Shown: positions 29,939 through 40,955 of the stretch, piece after piece
Position numbering within the stretch: position 1 is the first letter of the stretch
Layout: each line of letters opens with the position of its first letter
DNA from: Candidatus Bathyarchaeia archaeon
Lineage (GTDB): Archaea; Thermoproteota; Bathyarchaeia; Bathyarchaeales; Bathycorpusculaceae
Reading direction: 5' to 3'
Assembly (NCBI GenBank): GCA_049515895.1
Contig: JBEKTQ010000002.1
Span: forward strand, 64,001 to 128,000
DNA length: 64,000 bases
The notes under the pieces: generated by a model
What the model was told of the DNA's origin: nothing
Database searches by the model: none
Seen by the model: only the letters and a program-made list of their open reading frames with translations
Program-made: the position numbers and the translations under genes

Positions 29939-31130
29939 GTAACATGACCGCGAAAACTCTATTTTCACACACTATGCGAATTGCCTGGAAAGACCTAACT
30001 GAACTATTTAGAAACCGATTAGGTTTAGTTCTGCTTATCGTGATGCCTCTGTTCATGATGGTTATGGTTGGATTCATCTATCCATCCAATAGTGATGCAC
30101 CAAGTAACTTGCCAATTGGAGTGGTTAATCAGGATTTAGGCTTCAATAACTCCATGATTCCAAGCCAAACCTTTGTGATGACACTGCAGACTATTAACAA
30201 CAAAAGTGGCGCGTTGAAGCTCACTAACGAGACGAACGTAAGTGCTGTTACCGATTTAATTCAAAGAGGCGAACTTAACGGCGCTATAGTGATTCCCAGC
30301 AACTTTAGCCAATGTGTGACAGCGGTCAACAGGGGACCATAATCATCCTTACCGACCAATCTAATCCTCAGATGGCTGCAACAGTCCATGGGACAGCAAC
30401 AGCAGTAATAGATCTGATGGGCACAATGCGTGCTCAACAAACCCTTCAGGCAATGAATCCAACACTTAACGCAACAAATGCCTTAGCCATAGTTCAACCT
30501 TACTCTATTCCAGTTCCTACAAACTCGAATTACTTCACTTTCATTGCTCCAGGCATAATGGCTATGACTGTTATGATGAGTGTCATGACGGGACTACCAG
30601 TTGCTATTTCTCAGGAAAAAGAGGTTGGCACGATGGACGGCATGATGGTTGCGCCAATTAACAGGCTGTCAATAATCTTGGGTAAGACTGTCGGGCAAAC
30701 TGCCAGAGGCCTAATTCAGGGAGTTATCATATTGTTGTTGGCTGTAGGCATCTTTGGAGTAGCAATAGAAGGAAGCATAATCCTCGTATTTGCACTGTTG
30801 CTTCTGGGTGTGTTCTCCTTTGTCGGCTTAGGCATAGTAATTACATCCTTTACAAAAGACCAAGAAACTGCACAGATGCTCATGATGACACTGATGTTTC
30901 CAATGATGTTTCTCAGCGGCGTCTTCTTTCCCATCCAGCAAATGCCATGGTTCATGCAAGACATCTCAAAGGCCCTACCATTAACCTACGCATCCGACGC
31001 GCTCAGAAAAGTCATGGTACTAGGCGCTGGAGTTCCAGCCATATCCACTGACATTATCGTGCTCATAGCATTTGGGGCAATCATGATAGCTATTGCAGTG
31101 CCAGTGTTTAGAAAAATGATGACGCACTAA
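29935..31130 (+). pseudogene. ABC-2 permease split by a frameshift near 30315-30340
   Basis: ORF 29935-30342 (TM1 plus extracellular domain) continues in the -1 frame (30312-31130) with APGI, QEKE.GT, FLSG.FFP, LPLTY. Confidence 0.75.
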
Positions 31131-31140
31131 GAGAGCAGGG

Positions 31141-31302
31141 ATGGAAAATTTGAGTACACTTTGCTCTAGATGCCCATTCTTTCAACTTGCTCCCCTGATA
31201 AGGCGCAAAAACGCACGCAAAAGATGTCGCATTGAACCGCAAAGACAACTGCGTATCTATGAATGCAAAGACTATCCTAAAAAAGACTTTTTTGGCAGAT
31301 TA
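31141..31302 (+). CDS. Small Cys-containing basic protein (53 aa), doubtful
   Basis: Hand translation MENLSTLCSRCPFF...RCRI...YECKDY...; 10 nt after the permease stop. Confidence 0.35.
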
Positions 31303-31411
31303 AAGTGAGTCATTTTACACTTTACATCTTCATTGATGACTAATTTAGATAATAGTCCCGTTACGGTTTTATATTCTGTAGGAGTAAAGACAGCGAAGAA
31401 GAGAAAGAGCC

Positions 31412-32854
31412 ATGTCGGATACTGGAGTAACCGTAAAGAAAAGTCAAGACTTCTCAGAATGGTATGTGGAGGTCATTCTGAAAGCTGGGCTCGCAGATTA
31501 CGCGCCGGTTAAGGGTTGCATGATAATCCGCGAGGACGCCTACGCTATTTGGGAGAAAATCCAGGAAACATTTAACCAGAGAATCAAGGCTTCGGGGCAC
31601 CGTAACGTGTATTTTCCTATGTTTATCCCTGAGAGCTTGCTTAAGAAAGAGGCTGAACACTTTGCGGGTTTCACTCCTGAAGTAGCCTGGATTAGCCAAG
31701 GAGGAGACAGCGAGCTTGAAGAGAGAGTTGCTATTCGACCTACGAGCGAGACGATAATGTACGCTACATTTTCCAAGTGGATTCGCAGCTGGCGAGACCT
31801 ACCCATCAAGATTAACCAGTGGTGCAACATCGTTCGTTGGGAAACAAAATCCACACGGCTCTTTCTGCGAACAAGAGAGTTCCTCTGGCAAGAAGGCCAC
31901 ACCGCCCACGCTACCAAAGAGGAAGCCGAAGCAGAAGTCATGTACGCACTCGGCGAGTACAGGAACATAATCGAGAACTACCTCGCCATCCCAGTCGTCG
32001 CAGGCGTTAAAAGCGACAGCGAAAAGTTTGCTGGAGCAGTTTACACCACATCGTTAGAAGCAATGATGCCGGACGGCAAAGCCTTGCAGATGGGAACAAG
32101 CCACAACCTCGGGCAGAACTTCGGCAAAGTCTTCGACGTCAAATACATCGGCGAAGACAAGATGGACCATTATGTTTGGCAAACCAGTTGGGGGATCAGC
32201 ACGCGGCTCATCGGAGCGATGGTTATGGTTCACGGCGACGACAAAGGATTAGTCTTTCCTCCTAAAGTGGCTCCGACTCAAGTCGTTGTTGTGCCCATTC
32301 CTTTCAAGGGAGCCGAAGCTGCATTAGTATTGGCAAAGGCTAAATCGATTGCGGAAGATCTCAAGGTCAAGGGCTTTAGTGTCGTCCTTGACGATCGGGA
32401 AGAGTATACGCCCGGTTGGAAGTTTAACCAGTGGGAACTCAAAGGCGTCCCAGTCAGAGTAGAGATTGGCCCGCGGGACCTCAAACAAGGGCAAGCAGTT
32501 TTGGTGAGGCGGGACACTGGTCAAAAGGCGCCTGTTAAAGAAACAGATATCCCGGCAACCTTGGAGAAGCTTCTGCAAGATATTCAAGAAAACCTATTTG
32601 CGAAGGCTAAAGCTTTGATGCAAAAGATGACCAGCACTGTTCAGAGCTACGAGGAGTTCAAAGAAATGCTTTGTGACAAAGGCGGCTTTTTGAAGGCGGC
32701 TTGGTGCGGCAGCGCCGAATGTGAGGCTAAGATTAAGGACGAGACAGGCGCAACCATCAGAATTTTGCCATTCGGGAAAGAAGAGCCGAAAACTAACTGC
32801 ATTTACTGTGGGCAGAAAGCCAAGGATACAGTGTATTTCGCACGCTCATACTGA
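31412..32854 (+). CDS. proS: Proline-tRNA ligase (archaeal/eukaryal type)
   Basis: RPTSET, RWE, FLRTREFLWQEGHT, GTSHNLG, C-terminal YFARSY. Confidence 0.97.
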   Translation: MSDTGVTVKKSQDFSEWYVEVILKAGLADYAPVKGCMIIREDAYAIWEKIQETFNQRIKASGHRNVYFPMFIPESLLKKEAEHFAGFTPEVAWISQGGDSELEERVAIRPTSETIMYATFSKWIRSWRDLPIKINQWCNIVRWETKSTRLFLRTREFLWQEGHTAHATKEEAEAEVMYALGEYRNIIENYLAIPVVAGVKSDSEKFAGAVYTTSLEAMMPDGKALQMGTSHNLGQNFGKVFDVKYIGEDKMDHYVWQTSWGISTRLIGAMVMVHGDDKGLVFPPKVAPTQVVVVPIPFKGAEAALVLAKAKSIAEDLKVKGFSVVLDDREEYTPGWKFNQWELKGVPVRVEIGPRDLKQGQAVLVRRDTGQKAPVKETDIPATLEKLLQDIQENLFAKAKALMQKMTSTVQSYEEFKEMLCDKGGFLKAAWCGSAECEAKIKDETGATIRILPFGKEEPKTNCIYCGQKAKDTVYFARSY

Positions 32855-32867
32855 TCAAGGACTCCGC

Positions 32868-34700
32868 TTAATCGACTTGTGCTTCGAGCTGTTTAGCTTC
32901 TTGGTCCAAACCCAAGCGCTCCAAAGTGGACCGCGTTGGAACACCTTCCGCATCCCACCCTTTTTTCGCATAATAAGCGTTGAGCATTTCATTATACTTG
33001 TCCAAATCAAGCATCGAGCCTTTTATCACCCCCTCAGTTAACGGCTCACTAAACCACCTCATCGGTGGGACATCAAGGCTTCTGCCCCAATTTTTCGCAT
33101 ATTCACGAACCCAAAAGGCACGTATCAGAGTCAGAATTCTCTCGCTGATTAAATTCAGCTGCTCCAAGGAAAAATCCTTGCCCGTCGCCGCCTTCAAGTA
33201 TCTTTGGTACCAGTCAAGTTCAAAACCAAGCGAGTTATATGGAAAGCGACAGACTGTCAAGGCTTCAAAGAGACCCCCGCGGATAAGCTGGGTTTCGATG
33301 AGATGATCAACTTTCACATGGTCATAGCTTGCTCTGCCAACCTTTATCTCCCAAGTTATTACCCAAGCATCCTTATGATGGGCGCCAATCGAATTGGTCC
33401 CGTAAGCTAAAGCCATGCCGGGCGCGAGATGGCAGTCATAAGCCGAAACTTCCAAGCCCTTAACCTGCATAGCCCAATCGTTCGAGCCGCTGCCAACCGT
33501 TTTGGAGGCAGCCCTCACTCCTTCAGCCAAGACCACGCCTAAACCGTGCCTGTAGGCAACATCATTTATTAGTTCTTTGATTTTTTCAAAGTCGCCCCAA
33601 CGGATCTTCTCCTTAATGAGACCTTTCTCAGAGGCTTCCATGGCAAATCCTACCACGTTCCCAAGGGAGATGCTGTCCAACCCGAACTCGTCAGCCATAC
33701 GGTTCAAAGTTGAGATTTGAGCAAGATTTCCCAGTCCAATGTTTGAACCCAACATAACGACGTTTTCATAATCCAACTCTGAATCTTTTCCTTCGCTGTC
33801 TTTGACAACGTTGCCACATGTCATGTTGCACTGTGGACAACCACGATTTGAAACCTTTATTTTTTCCATAGCGAACCCACCGATGTCGTCAGCTTTATCG
33901 AAAACGGCTTCCCTGTAATTTTGGGTTGGAAGTGCGCTATTCTCTTGTGACCACTCTACCGTTGACATGGTTCCCTGCCGCTTCCAAAAAGGGTATAATG
34001 GTTTAGAGAGAACTTCGCGATACCCGTCAGCCGATAGCTTCTTCATGCCCTCCGGGTCTGCCAACGGTATATGCCCTGTGCCTTCAATTACAATGGCCTT
34101 CAATTTTTTGGAGCCCATGACAGCGCCCATTCCTGGTCGCCCGCCAGACCGTCCCCCCTGGGAAACAACGGTAGCGAACTTTACCTGGTTCTCTCCGCCT
34201 TGTCCAATCGAAACTATGCCTGCCGTTCGCCCATAGGTTTTTCTCAATTGCTCTTCTGCTTCAAATGAGCTTAAGCCCCAAAGGTCGCCGGCGTCAAGAA
34301 ACTCGACTGTTCTGTCTTTAATGTGAGCAACGACTGGTTTTTCGGCTTTACCTTCAATGATGAGCGCGTCGTAACCTGCTTTACGCATGTGAAGGGCTGC
34401 CCAGCTTCCAGTGTTACCATCCCCATAACCGCCGGTTAAAGGGCTTTTCGACGCAACCACAAGCTTGCCGCTGTTAGGTAAACCAATGCCAGTTAGTGGT
34501 CCAGTGGCGAAAACGAGTTTGTTTTCGGACGAGAGAGGATCAGTTCCCTGTTTGAGCCTATCCCAGAGGATTTTGACCGCGATGCCTCGACCGCCCAGAA
34601 AATTAAAAGCTAGAGCTTCATCATATTGCTCGGGAATGGCCTTAGTTTTGGTTAGATCTATGTTTAGAAAGAGCCCTGTCCAGCCAAACATGTTTGTCAA
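32868..34700 (-). CDS. aor: Aldehyde:ferredoxin oxidoreductase family (tungsten)
   Basis: FLGGRG, SKSPLTG, GR.GMGAVMGSKKLKA, CxxCxxxC, GLDSIS, VKGLE. Confidence 0.93.
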   Translation of the reverse strand: MTNMFGWTGLFLNIDLTKTKAIPEQYDEALAFNFLGGRGIAVKILWDRLKQGTDPLSSENKLVFATGPLTGIGLPNSGKLVVASKSPLTGGYGDGNTGSWAALHMRKAGYDALIIEGKAEKPVVAHIKDRTVEFLDAGDLWGLSSFEAEEQLRKTYGRTAGIVSIGQGGENQVKFATVVSQGGRSGGRPGMGAVMGSKKLKAIVIEGTGHIPLADPEGMKKLSADGYREVLSKPLYPFWKRQGTMSTVEWSQENSALPTQNYREAVFDKADDIGGFAMEKIKVSNRGCPQCNMTCGNVVKDSEGKDSELDYENVVMLGSNIGLGNLAQISTLNRMADEFGLDSISLGNVVGFAMEASEKGLIKEKIRWGDFEKIKELINDVAYRHGLGVVLAEGVRAASKTVGSGSNDWAMQVKGLEVSAYDCHLAPGMALAYGTNSIGAHHKDAWVITWEIKVGRASYDHVKVDHLIETQLIRGGLFEALTVCRFPYNSLGFELDWYQRYLKAATGKDFSLEQLNLISERILTLIRAFWVREYAKNWGRSLDVPPMRWFSEPLTEGVIKGSMLDLDKYNEMLNAYYAKKGWDAEGVPTRSTLERLGLDQEAKQLEAQVD

Positions 34701-35025
34701 CAGAAGTCACTGAATATTCAAGGTGAAATCATGCATAAAAATATGTTCAATAAGTGTGCTAGTTGCTGAGCAGGAAATGAAAAAAGAATGGAATAGAAAG
34801 AGTGCCGCATTATTACGAGCGGAATGAGTACTGGCAGGATTCTTTGCACTTTTGCGTTGTATGATTTCTGAGTCAAACCAGCCTCAGCTTTCAATGGAGC
34901 CCAGGCAGTTTGAAAATTTTGAGCTAAATTGAATTTGATCATGAAAAGATAGTTTTAAGTCTTTGCATCATTCTTAGGAACCTTTATTTTTTCCTTCGCA
35001 AGTGTTTGGGTGACAGGTAACTTAA

Positions 35026-36237
35026 ATGGGCGTCAAAGTGACAAATAGAGCGTCAAACATTGAGTATGCCATAAGGGACGTAATAGAGCACACTACGCAA
35101 CTGGTAAAAGACGGCAGAAAAATCTATTACTTAAACATCGGCGACCCGGCAGCCTTCGATTTCAAAACTCCACAAAACGTTAAAGACGCCTTGTGTGCGG
35201 CAGTACAAGGAGACGATAATTACTATTCGCCTTCCGAAGGAAGGCTTGACCTTAGGGAAGCCATCGTTAGAAAAGAGAAAAAAGTCAACAACGTACACAT
35301 CGCGGCAGATAATGTGCTGATAACCGAGGGCATTTCTGAAGGAATCCAGATGATTCTCGGAGCATTAGTTGAAAAAGGTGATGAAATCCTATTTCCTGGC
35401 CCAACCTACCCGCCCTACATTTCCTACACAAGATTCTTTGATGGCATCCCTATCTCGTACGAGACAATCGAAACAGAATGTTGGCATCCCAACATCGATG
35501 ATCTGCGGAAAAAAATAAGCAAAAAAACACGCGCAATCGTAATAATTAATCCCAACAACCCCACGGGCTCAGTATACGACAGGAAAATGGTCAAGGAAAT
35601 TTTGGATATCGCGGGCGAACATGACTTGCCTGTCCTATCGGATGAAATTTACGACCAGCTAACTTATGAGAAAGAATTCGTCAGCGCAGCCTATCTCTCA
35701 AAAGATGTGCCTGTTGTTGGGTTGAACGGGTTCTCCAAAGTTTACCAAATGACAGGCTTACGCTTAGGCTATATGTACTTTAAAGGTGAAGGCAGAAAAC
35801 TCGAATCACTCAAAGAAGGCGTTGAGAAGGAGTGCAGAATCCGCATATGTGCCAACACGCCAGTGCAGATAGCTGCGACAGCCGCGCTTAACGGACCGCA
35901 GGATTTGGTAAAAGACACAGTTGAGCGACTGAGGCAACGAAGAGACTTCGCGTGGAAACGCCTCAACGAAATCGAAGGCATAAGCACAACCAAGCCTGAA
36001 GGAGCATTCTACATATTCCCAAAAATCCAAGGAATAGGCACAACCTGGAAAACCGACATGGATTTCGTCGTCGACTTGCTCAAGGAGACAGGCGTGCTAA
36101 CCGTTAACGGCTCAGGCTTTGACCCTGTCTACGGCAAAGGACACGCCAGGGCTGTTTTCCTGCCGCCGATAGCAGAACTGGAGGAAGCCTTCAACGCGCT
36201 AGAAGAGTTCATGAAGAAAAACAAAAGCAACAAATAA
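35026..36237 (+). CDS. Class I/II PLP aminotransferase (alanine aminotransferase-like)
   Basis: IEYAIRD, LNIGDP, INPNNPTG, DEIY, NGFSK..TGLRLG. Confidence 0.9.
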   Translation: MGVKVTNRASNIEYAIRDVIEHTTQLVKDGRKIYYLNIGDPAAFDFKTPQNVKDALCAAVQGDDNYYSPSEGRLDLREAIVRKEKKVNNVHIAADNVLITEGISEGIQMILGALVEKGDEILFPGPTYPPYISYTRFFDGIPISYETIETECWHPNIDDLRKKISKKTRAIVIINPNNPTGSVYDRKMVKEILDIAGEHDLPVLSDEIYDQLTYEKEFVSAAYLSKDVPVVGLNGFSKVYQMTGLRLGYMYFKGEGRKLESLKEGVEKECRIRICANTPVQIAATAALNGPQDLVKDTVERLRQRRDFAWKRLNEIEGISTTKPEGAFYIFPKIQGIGTTWKTDMDFVVDLLKETGVLTVNGSGFDPVYGKGHARAVFLPPIAELEEAFNALEEFMKKNKSNK

Positions 36238-36305
36238 GTAACGCGACGAAGCAGCAAGCTCCTATTTACAGCTACAAAAACAAAAGAAAACAAACGAAAA
36301 AGAAA

Positions 36306-37199
36306 TCAGACTTTTACGCCTTGTGTTGGGTCTTCGATTACTTTTTGGAATTCAGCCATCAACCTCTTCGTCAGAGGTCCTGGTTTGCCTGTGCCGATTT
36401 GCCTCTTGTTGACTTCTCGTATTGGCACCATCTCCATTGCTGTTCCAGTGAAGAAAGCTTCGTCAGCGGTAAATATCATAAAGGGCGTCAAGTTTGTCAC
36501 CATCAATTCTATGCCAAGTTTAGCGGCGAGTTGAGTTACCACTTCGGCCGTGATTCCTGCGAGTGCTCCAGTCGAAGTGGGTGGTGTCAAGAGCTCCCCG
36601 TTTTTGACGATGAACACATTTTCGCCTACGCCTTCAGCTATGCAGCCGTTGCTTTCGAGGCAGAGGGCTTCGTCTACGCCGCATGCGTTGGCTTCAATTT
36701 TTGCGAGGATGCTATTCAGGTAGTTGAGGGATTTTATTTCCGTTGAGGTCGAATCCACTGTGTTTCGTCTTACCCAAGAGAACATGGCTGTTATACCTGT
36801 TTCTTTGGCATTGCCAGCTCGGATAGAGATAGTATCGGTGATAACTATGACCGTCGGGTTGAGGCATTTACGCGGGTCCAGGCCTAAGTCTCCCACGCCT
36901 CTGCTGACAACTAAGCGTATGTAGGAGTCTTTCATCTTGTTTTTTCTCAATGTTTCAACAACGGCTTTAGCCATTTCTTCTTTTGTTAACGGTATTTTCA
37001 AAGTTATTGCGTGTGCCGAACGATAAAGCCGGTCAATATGTTCTTTCAGCTTAAAGACTACGCCGTTGTATTCGCGGATTCCCTCGAAAACTCCGTCGCC
37101 GTACAAGAACCCGTGGTCAAATACAGATATTCTAGCCTGTGATTTAGGGAAGTATTGGCCGTCTATGTAGACTAGTAATTCACCGCTCAATTGCCTCAC
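36306..37199 (-). CDS. ilvE: Branched-chain amino acid aminotransferase
   Basis: DHGFLYGDGVFEGIR, YIRLVVSRG, KSLNYL, EG.GEN, LAGIT, FFTGT. Confidence 0.94.
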   Translation of the reverse strand: MRQLSGELLVYIDGQYFPKSQARISVFDHGFLYGDGVFEGIREYNGVVFKLKEHIDRLYRSAHAITLKIPLTKEEMAKAVVETLRKNKMKDSYIRLVVSRGVGDLGLDPRKCLNPTVIVITDTISIRAGNAKETGITAMFSWVRRNTVDSTSTEIKSLNYLNSILAKIEANACGVDEALCLESNGCIAEGVGENVFIVKNGELLTPPTSTGALAGITAEVVTQLAAKLGIELMVTNLTPFMIFTADEAFFTGTAMEMVPIREVNKRQIGTGKPGPLTKRLMAEFQKVIEDPTQGVKV

Positions 37200-37271
37200 T
37201 CTTCAACTGGATGTTTCATATTATTCGATTGTTTGATATAGTTTATGCAGATGATACGCATATTTCATTTA

Positions 37272-39170
37272 TCAACCGTGGAACTGTGGCCTCTTGGAAA
37301 GGTAAATTGGCAAGGGCAAAGGCTTGAAGGGTTTACCCACGATCTTCTCGGAGACCTTGGCAATCAACTCGTCGACAGTCATGTTTTGCTGCTGGCCCTT
37401 GAGCCCCCGTTCTCTGACAGATAGGCTTCCAGACTCGATTTCTTTTTCGCCGACGACAATTATGTATGGCACCCACTCCTGCTCACCTTCACGGATCTTT
37501 TTTTGTAATGTGGATGCGCTGTCGTCTATGTCTACGCGGATGCAATGTGAAGCGATCTGCTTCGCGAGCTCTTCCACTCTATCTAGGTACTTGTCAGATA
37601 TCGGGATAAGTCTCACTTGAGTCGGAGAAAGCCACATTGGCAGCATTGGGGCTTTGCCAGTTATTTGTTCGCGGTATGCCTTCTCCAGCAACGCGTAAAT
37701 GTCCCGTTCGATGGCTCCGCTTGGTGAGCAATGCAGAATGAGTGGGTACTGTTTTTCGCCTTTCTCGTCAACATAGGTTATTTCGTAACGTTTAGCGTTT
37801 TCAACGTCGATTTGGTCGGTGCTCAACGCTGCCGCTTTGTCTTGGTTATCCACGAAGTTGAGGTCCCATTTAAGCACGAAGTAGAAGAACCGCTCGTTCC
37901 ATACTTCAGCCAGCATAGGCTTGCCAAATGCCCCCACTATTTCAGTAATGAATTCTTTATGCTCATCGTAGAAGCTTCTAGTGAAACGCATAGCAATTTC
38001 ATAATCATCCCTTACGAATCCGATGTCTTTCAGAACATCGATACAAAGATTAAAGCGAACCATGAACTCTTTCTTAGCCTGGTCCAAGTCAGCGCACAAT
38101 GCGTGACAGTCAGGCATCGTAAATGCTCTTAGCCGTTTTAAACCGACGACTTCGCCGCTTTTCTCGCGCCTGAAACTATAACGCGTCAACTCATAGAGCT
38201 TTATTGGCAACTGTTTGTAGCTTATTTGGGCGTCATGTGCCATGAGGAATTGCCCAAAGCACGCTGCAAACCTCAAGAAAAGCTCTTTGTCTTCAGATTT
38301 AAGTGTGTACTGTCGCGCTGGGAAACGGTTGAGGTAGCTGGCTAAGCTCGGATGGTTGAAGTCGTACATGATGGGGGTTTCAACTTCCATGCCGCCGTAA
38401 GCAGCTACCCGCTCGGAAACATACTGCTCCAGCAATGATTTGATCATTCGTCCTTTGGGATACCAACGGATGTTTCCAGGATCACTTCCCGGCTCATAAT
38501 CTGCAATCTCCAGCCTTTTCATCAAGGTTACATGGGGAGGCATCACAGTCACCGCCCTAGCCTTCTTGATCTCGTACTGCGAGAACTTTTGCAGGTTTAC
38601 GTGTCCTTTGAACTTGAACTCCTCGATAGGCACCAATGAACCGTCGGGCATCAGGACATGCCAGAATGACTTCATCTTCTCCTCGGCTTTGAGCGCCGTT
38701 GAAACTGGCTCTTCCTCTTTTTTACAAATCGCCTCAGCCTTACCCTCAGCTGCAACCTGGGTGGGCGCGTAACTGCGTGCCTGTTCAGCAAGCGGGTGGC
38801 CCTTGATAGAGATAGTAAATTGCTTATTCCATCCGAAAGGAGCTCTATAAGTCTCAATGCCTTTCTCTTTTGCGTATGTTTCCATGTCCTTTATGATCTT
38901 AAGAGCTTGGCTTGGATTGCTTAGATTGCTGCTCAAATGAGCGAAGGGATAAATGAGAATTCGATTGGTTTTTTGTTTACCTAAAAAGGCGCGAACGTCA
39001 TCAATGGCCTTCTTAGCAGTTTCCCCGTTGTCGCCTTCTTCCACCGCTGTAAAAAGCACCACGATCTCTTCAAAGCGATTTTCTTTTTGCTCCGCCTCTT
39101 CAGCAATGGCGATTTCTTTTTGGATTGGTTTGAAAACTATAAAGTCAGAATGCAACTGAAGTATTCGCAT
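37272..39170 (-). CDS. thrS: Threonine-tRNA ligase, archaeal type with N-terminal editing domain
   Basis: MRILQLHSD, YPFAHLS, APFGW, LRFAACFG, FTMPD.H, LHCSPSGAIER; start moved to ATG 39170. Confidence 0.96.
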   Translation of the reverse strand: MRILQLHSDFIVFKPIQKEIAIAEEAEQKENRFEEIVVLFTAVEEGDNGETAKKAIDDVRAFLGKQKTNRILIYPFAHLSSNLSNPSQALKIIKDMETYAKEKGIETYRAPFGWNKQFTISIKGHPLAEQARSYAPTQVAAEGKAEAICKKEEEPVSTALKAEEKMKSFWHVLMPDGSLVPIEEFKFKGHVNLQKFSQYEIKKARAVTVMPPHVTLMKRLEIADYEPGSDPGNIRWYPKGRMIKSLLEQYVSERVAAYGGMEVETPIMYDFNHPSLASYLNRFPARQYTLKSEDKELFLRFAACFGQFLMAHDAQISYKQLPIKLYELTRYSFRREKSGEVVGLKRLRAFTMPDCHALCADLDQAKKEFMVRFNLCIDVLKDIGFVRDDYEIAMRFTRSFYDEHKEFITEIVGAFGKPMLAEVWNERFFYFVLKWDLNFVDNQDKAAALSTDQIDVENAKRYEITYVDEKGEKQYPLILHCSPSGAIERDIYALLEKAYREQITGKAPMLPMWLSPTQVRLIPISDKYLDRVEELAKQIASHCIRVDIDDSASTLQKKIREGEQEWVPYIIVVGEKEIESGSLSVRERGLKGQQQNMTVDELIAKVSEKIVGKPFKPLPLPIYLSKRPQFHG

Positions 39171-39184
39171 GGCAACCCACTCTC

Positions 39185-39394
39185 TTAGTGACCCCAACGC
39201 CACCTGTCAAGTGTCTTATCCTTTTTAGTCTTTTTCTTATATTCTTTATAGTGTTCTTTGCAGACAAAAGCGCGTTTTTCTTTGCTGCTAACACTTAAGC
39301 CAGCAGCCTTGACTTTGTCAGATGAGATGGAACGGGCAGCCTCTCTAGTGCAACCTGAAACGCTACATTTTACCCCTTTTTCTATGCGACCCAC
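39185..39394 (-). CDS. Small basic zinc-finger-like protein
   Basis: GVKCSVSGC...VCKEHYK; start moved to GTG 39394. Confidence 0.75.
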   Translation of the reverse strand: MGRIEKGVKCSVSGCTREAARSISSDKVKAAGLSVSSKEKRAFVCKEHYKEYKKKTKKDKTLDRWRWGH

Positions 39395-39436
39395 GGTCAA
39401 AGCCTCATGCACAATATTTTTGTTCAGTAATGCACG

Positions 39437-40360
39437 CTATTGCTTAAGTTCCTTTTCGTACAAAACCTTGGCTCTTTGGTAAATTTCCTCTTTCTTGCCA
39501 AAGTAAGTGGGACCGATTCCTTCGACAACAAACGAAGCAGCGGCTGAACCAACACAGGCGCACCATATTAACTCCTTCTGCCGTAGGTACTCAGTTAAGA
39601 AACCGCCGATGAAGACGTCCCCTGCACCTGTTGGGTCGACCAGAACTTGTGAAGGGCAAGCTGCAATATTGAACTGAGCGCCTTCGATGGAGAGCATTGA
39701 GCCTTTAGTTCCCAACGTGACAATAACGGTTCCTACACCGAAGTCGTGAACAGCCTTGATTGCCGCTTTAAGGTCAGATTGACCAGTTAAAGCTAAGATT
39801 TCGGTTTGTGAGGATTTGTAAATGTTGATTAAGCTTAGAATTCGTTTGTCAACTGAAGCGTTTTCTGTAACGTTTCCGGCTTCGTCGAAGCTTCGTAGCA
39901 AACCCTGAGGGTCCAGCGACAAGACGTTTGAACATTGTTTGAGGCGTTCGATTACTTCGAAGGATACTTCGTTGGCGATGGGCGCAATATGAACCGATTT
40001 AGCCTTCAAATACTCCGGCAAATCAGTCAACTCTATTGGTGGGCCCTTTCCCTTCAAGTTCAGTTTTCTCTCCGACAAGTCTGCACTGTAAACTAGCTCA
40101 AAGCTTGTTGAAGGTTGGTCTGCCTTTTTTACTACGCCTGAAAGGTCTATGCCTTCCTGCCTCAGCCACCATAGGTAAGCTTCTGGAAAATTTCCGCCGA
40201 CTTTAGAGATTACTGAAGCGGTTGCATCCAATCGCTTAGCGGAAAGTGAAGTGTATGCTGCAGCGCCTCCCAAAACAGTAAAGGGAGCAGTTCTGCTGGG
40301 GAGCAAAATTCTGTCGATGGATAAATGACCAATAACTAATACATCGACGTTTTGAAGCAC
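39437..40360 (-). CDS. PfkB-family carbohydrate/nucleoside kinase
   Basis: GG...Y, LDPQG, VTLG.KG, DPTGAGDVF. Confidence 0.92.
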   Translation of the reverse strand: MLQNVDVLVIGHLSIDRILLPSRTAPFTVLGGAAAYTSLSAKRLDATASVISKVGGNFPEAYLWWLRQEGIDLSGVVKKADQPSTSFELVYSADLSERKLNLKGKGPPIELTDLPEYLKAKSVHIAPIANEVSFEVIERLKQCSNVLSLDPQGLLRSFDEAGNVTENASVDKRILSLINIYKSSQTEILALTGQSDLKAAIKAVHDFGVGTVIVTLGTKGSMLSIEGAQFNIAACPSQVLVDPTGAGDVFIGGFLTEYLRQKELIWCACVGSAAASFVVEGIGPTYFGKKEEIYQRAKVLYEKELKQ

Positions 40361-40417
40361 TGCCCAGCCCCCTTCAAGTTACTATGTGGTCACCCAAGAT
40401 ATAAATAACTTTTACAG

Positions 40418-40783
40418 CTAAGATTGAAGTAGCAGTATAGCTTTCGCCAAATCACCCTGGCATTCCTCAAGCGCTTCTTTCGCCTTTTCTAAGTTTTTGC
40501 CAGTTTGATCCGCCACCAGCCTGACATCTTCTTCAGAAAACGTCGGCTGAACCGCTTTTGCCGTTTGACGTTGAGAGGGGGCTTGCTCTGAAACTTCGCC
40601 GCCTATGACCTGATACATTTTTTGGCCTTGCACCTGTAAAATAGCCACTTGAGGCTCGTCGATGACAATGTCTTTCGTGTTTGTTCTGATTATGACTTGC
40701 TGAACATCTGGGACAGTATCCATGTTCATGCCCATTCGTTGCATCATGCGTCTTTGCTCTCTGGGATTCATGCGCTTGTTCAC
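40418..40783 (-). CDS. nac: Nascent polypeptide-associated complex protein
   Basis: MNPR..RRMMQRMG, V.QVII, UBA-like EEDVRLVADQ...GDLAKAIL. Confidence 0.94.
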   Translation of the reverse strand: MNKRMNPREQRRMMQRMGMNMDTVPDVQQVIIRTNTKDIVIDEPQVAILQVQGQKMYQVIGGEVSEQAPSQRQTAKAVQPTFSEEDVRLVADQTGKNLEKAKEALEECQGDLAKAILLLQS

Positions 40784-40955
40784 TGATTTTCACTTCCAAG
40801 AAGTATCTGCAGTAGAACTTGATATAAACTTTAACTTTTCACTTCAGCTGCTTTAAGATAACTTCACCTGAATCCGTTTTTTGAGCAAGATTAAAAAATG
40901 AATTCGGAGAAAATACTGTGGGAAAGGGCATAGAGGATAGAAGAGGAAATTTTGA

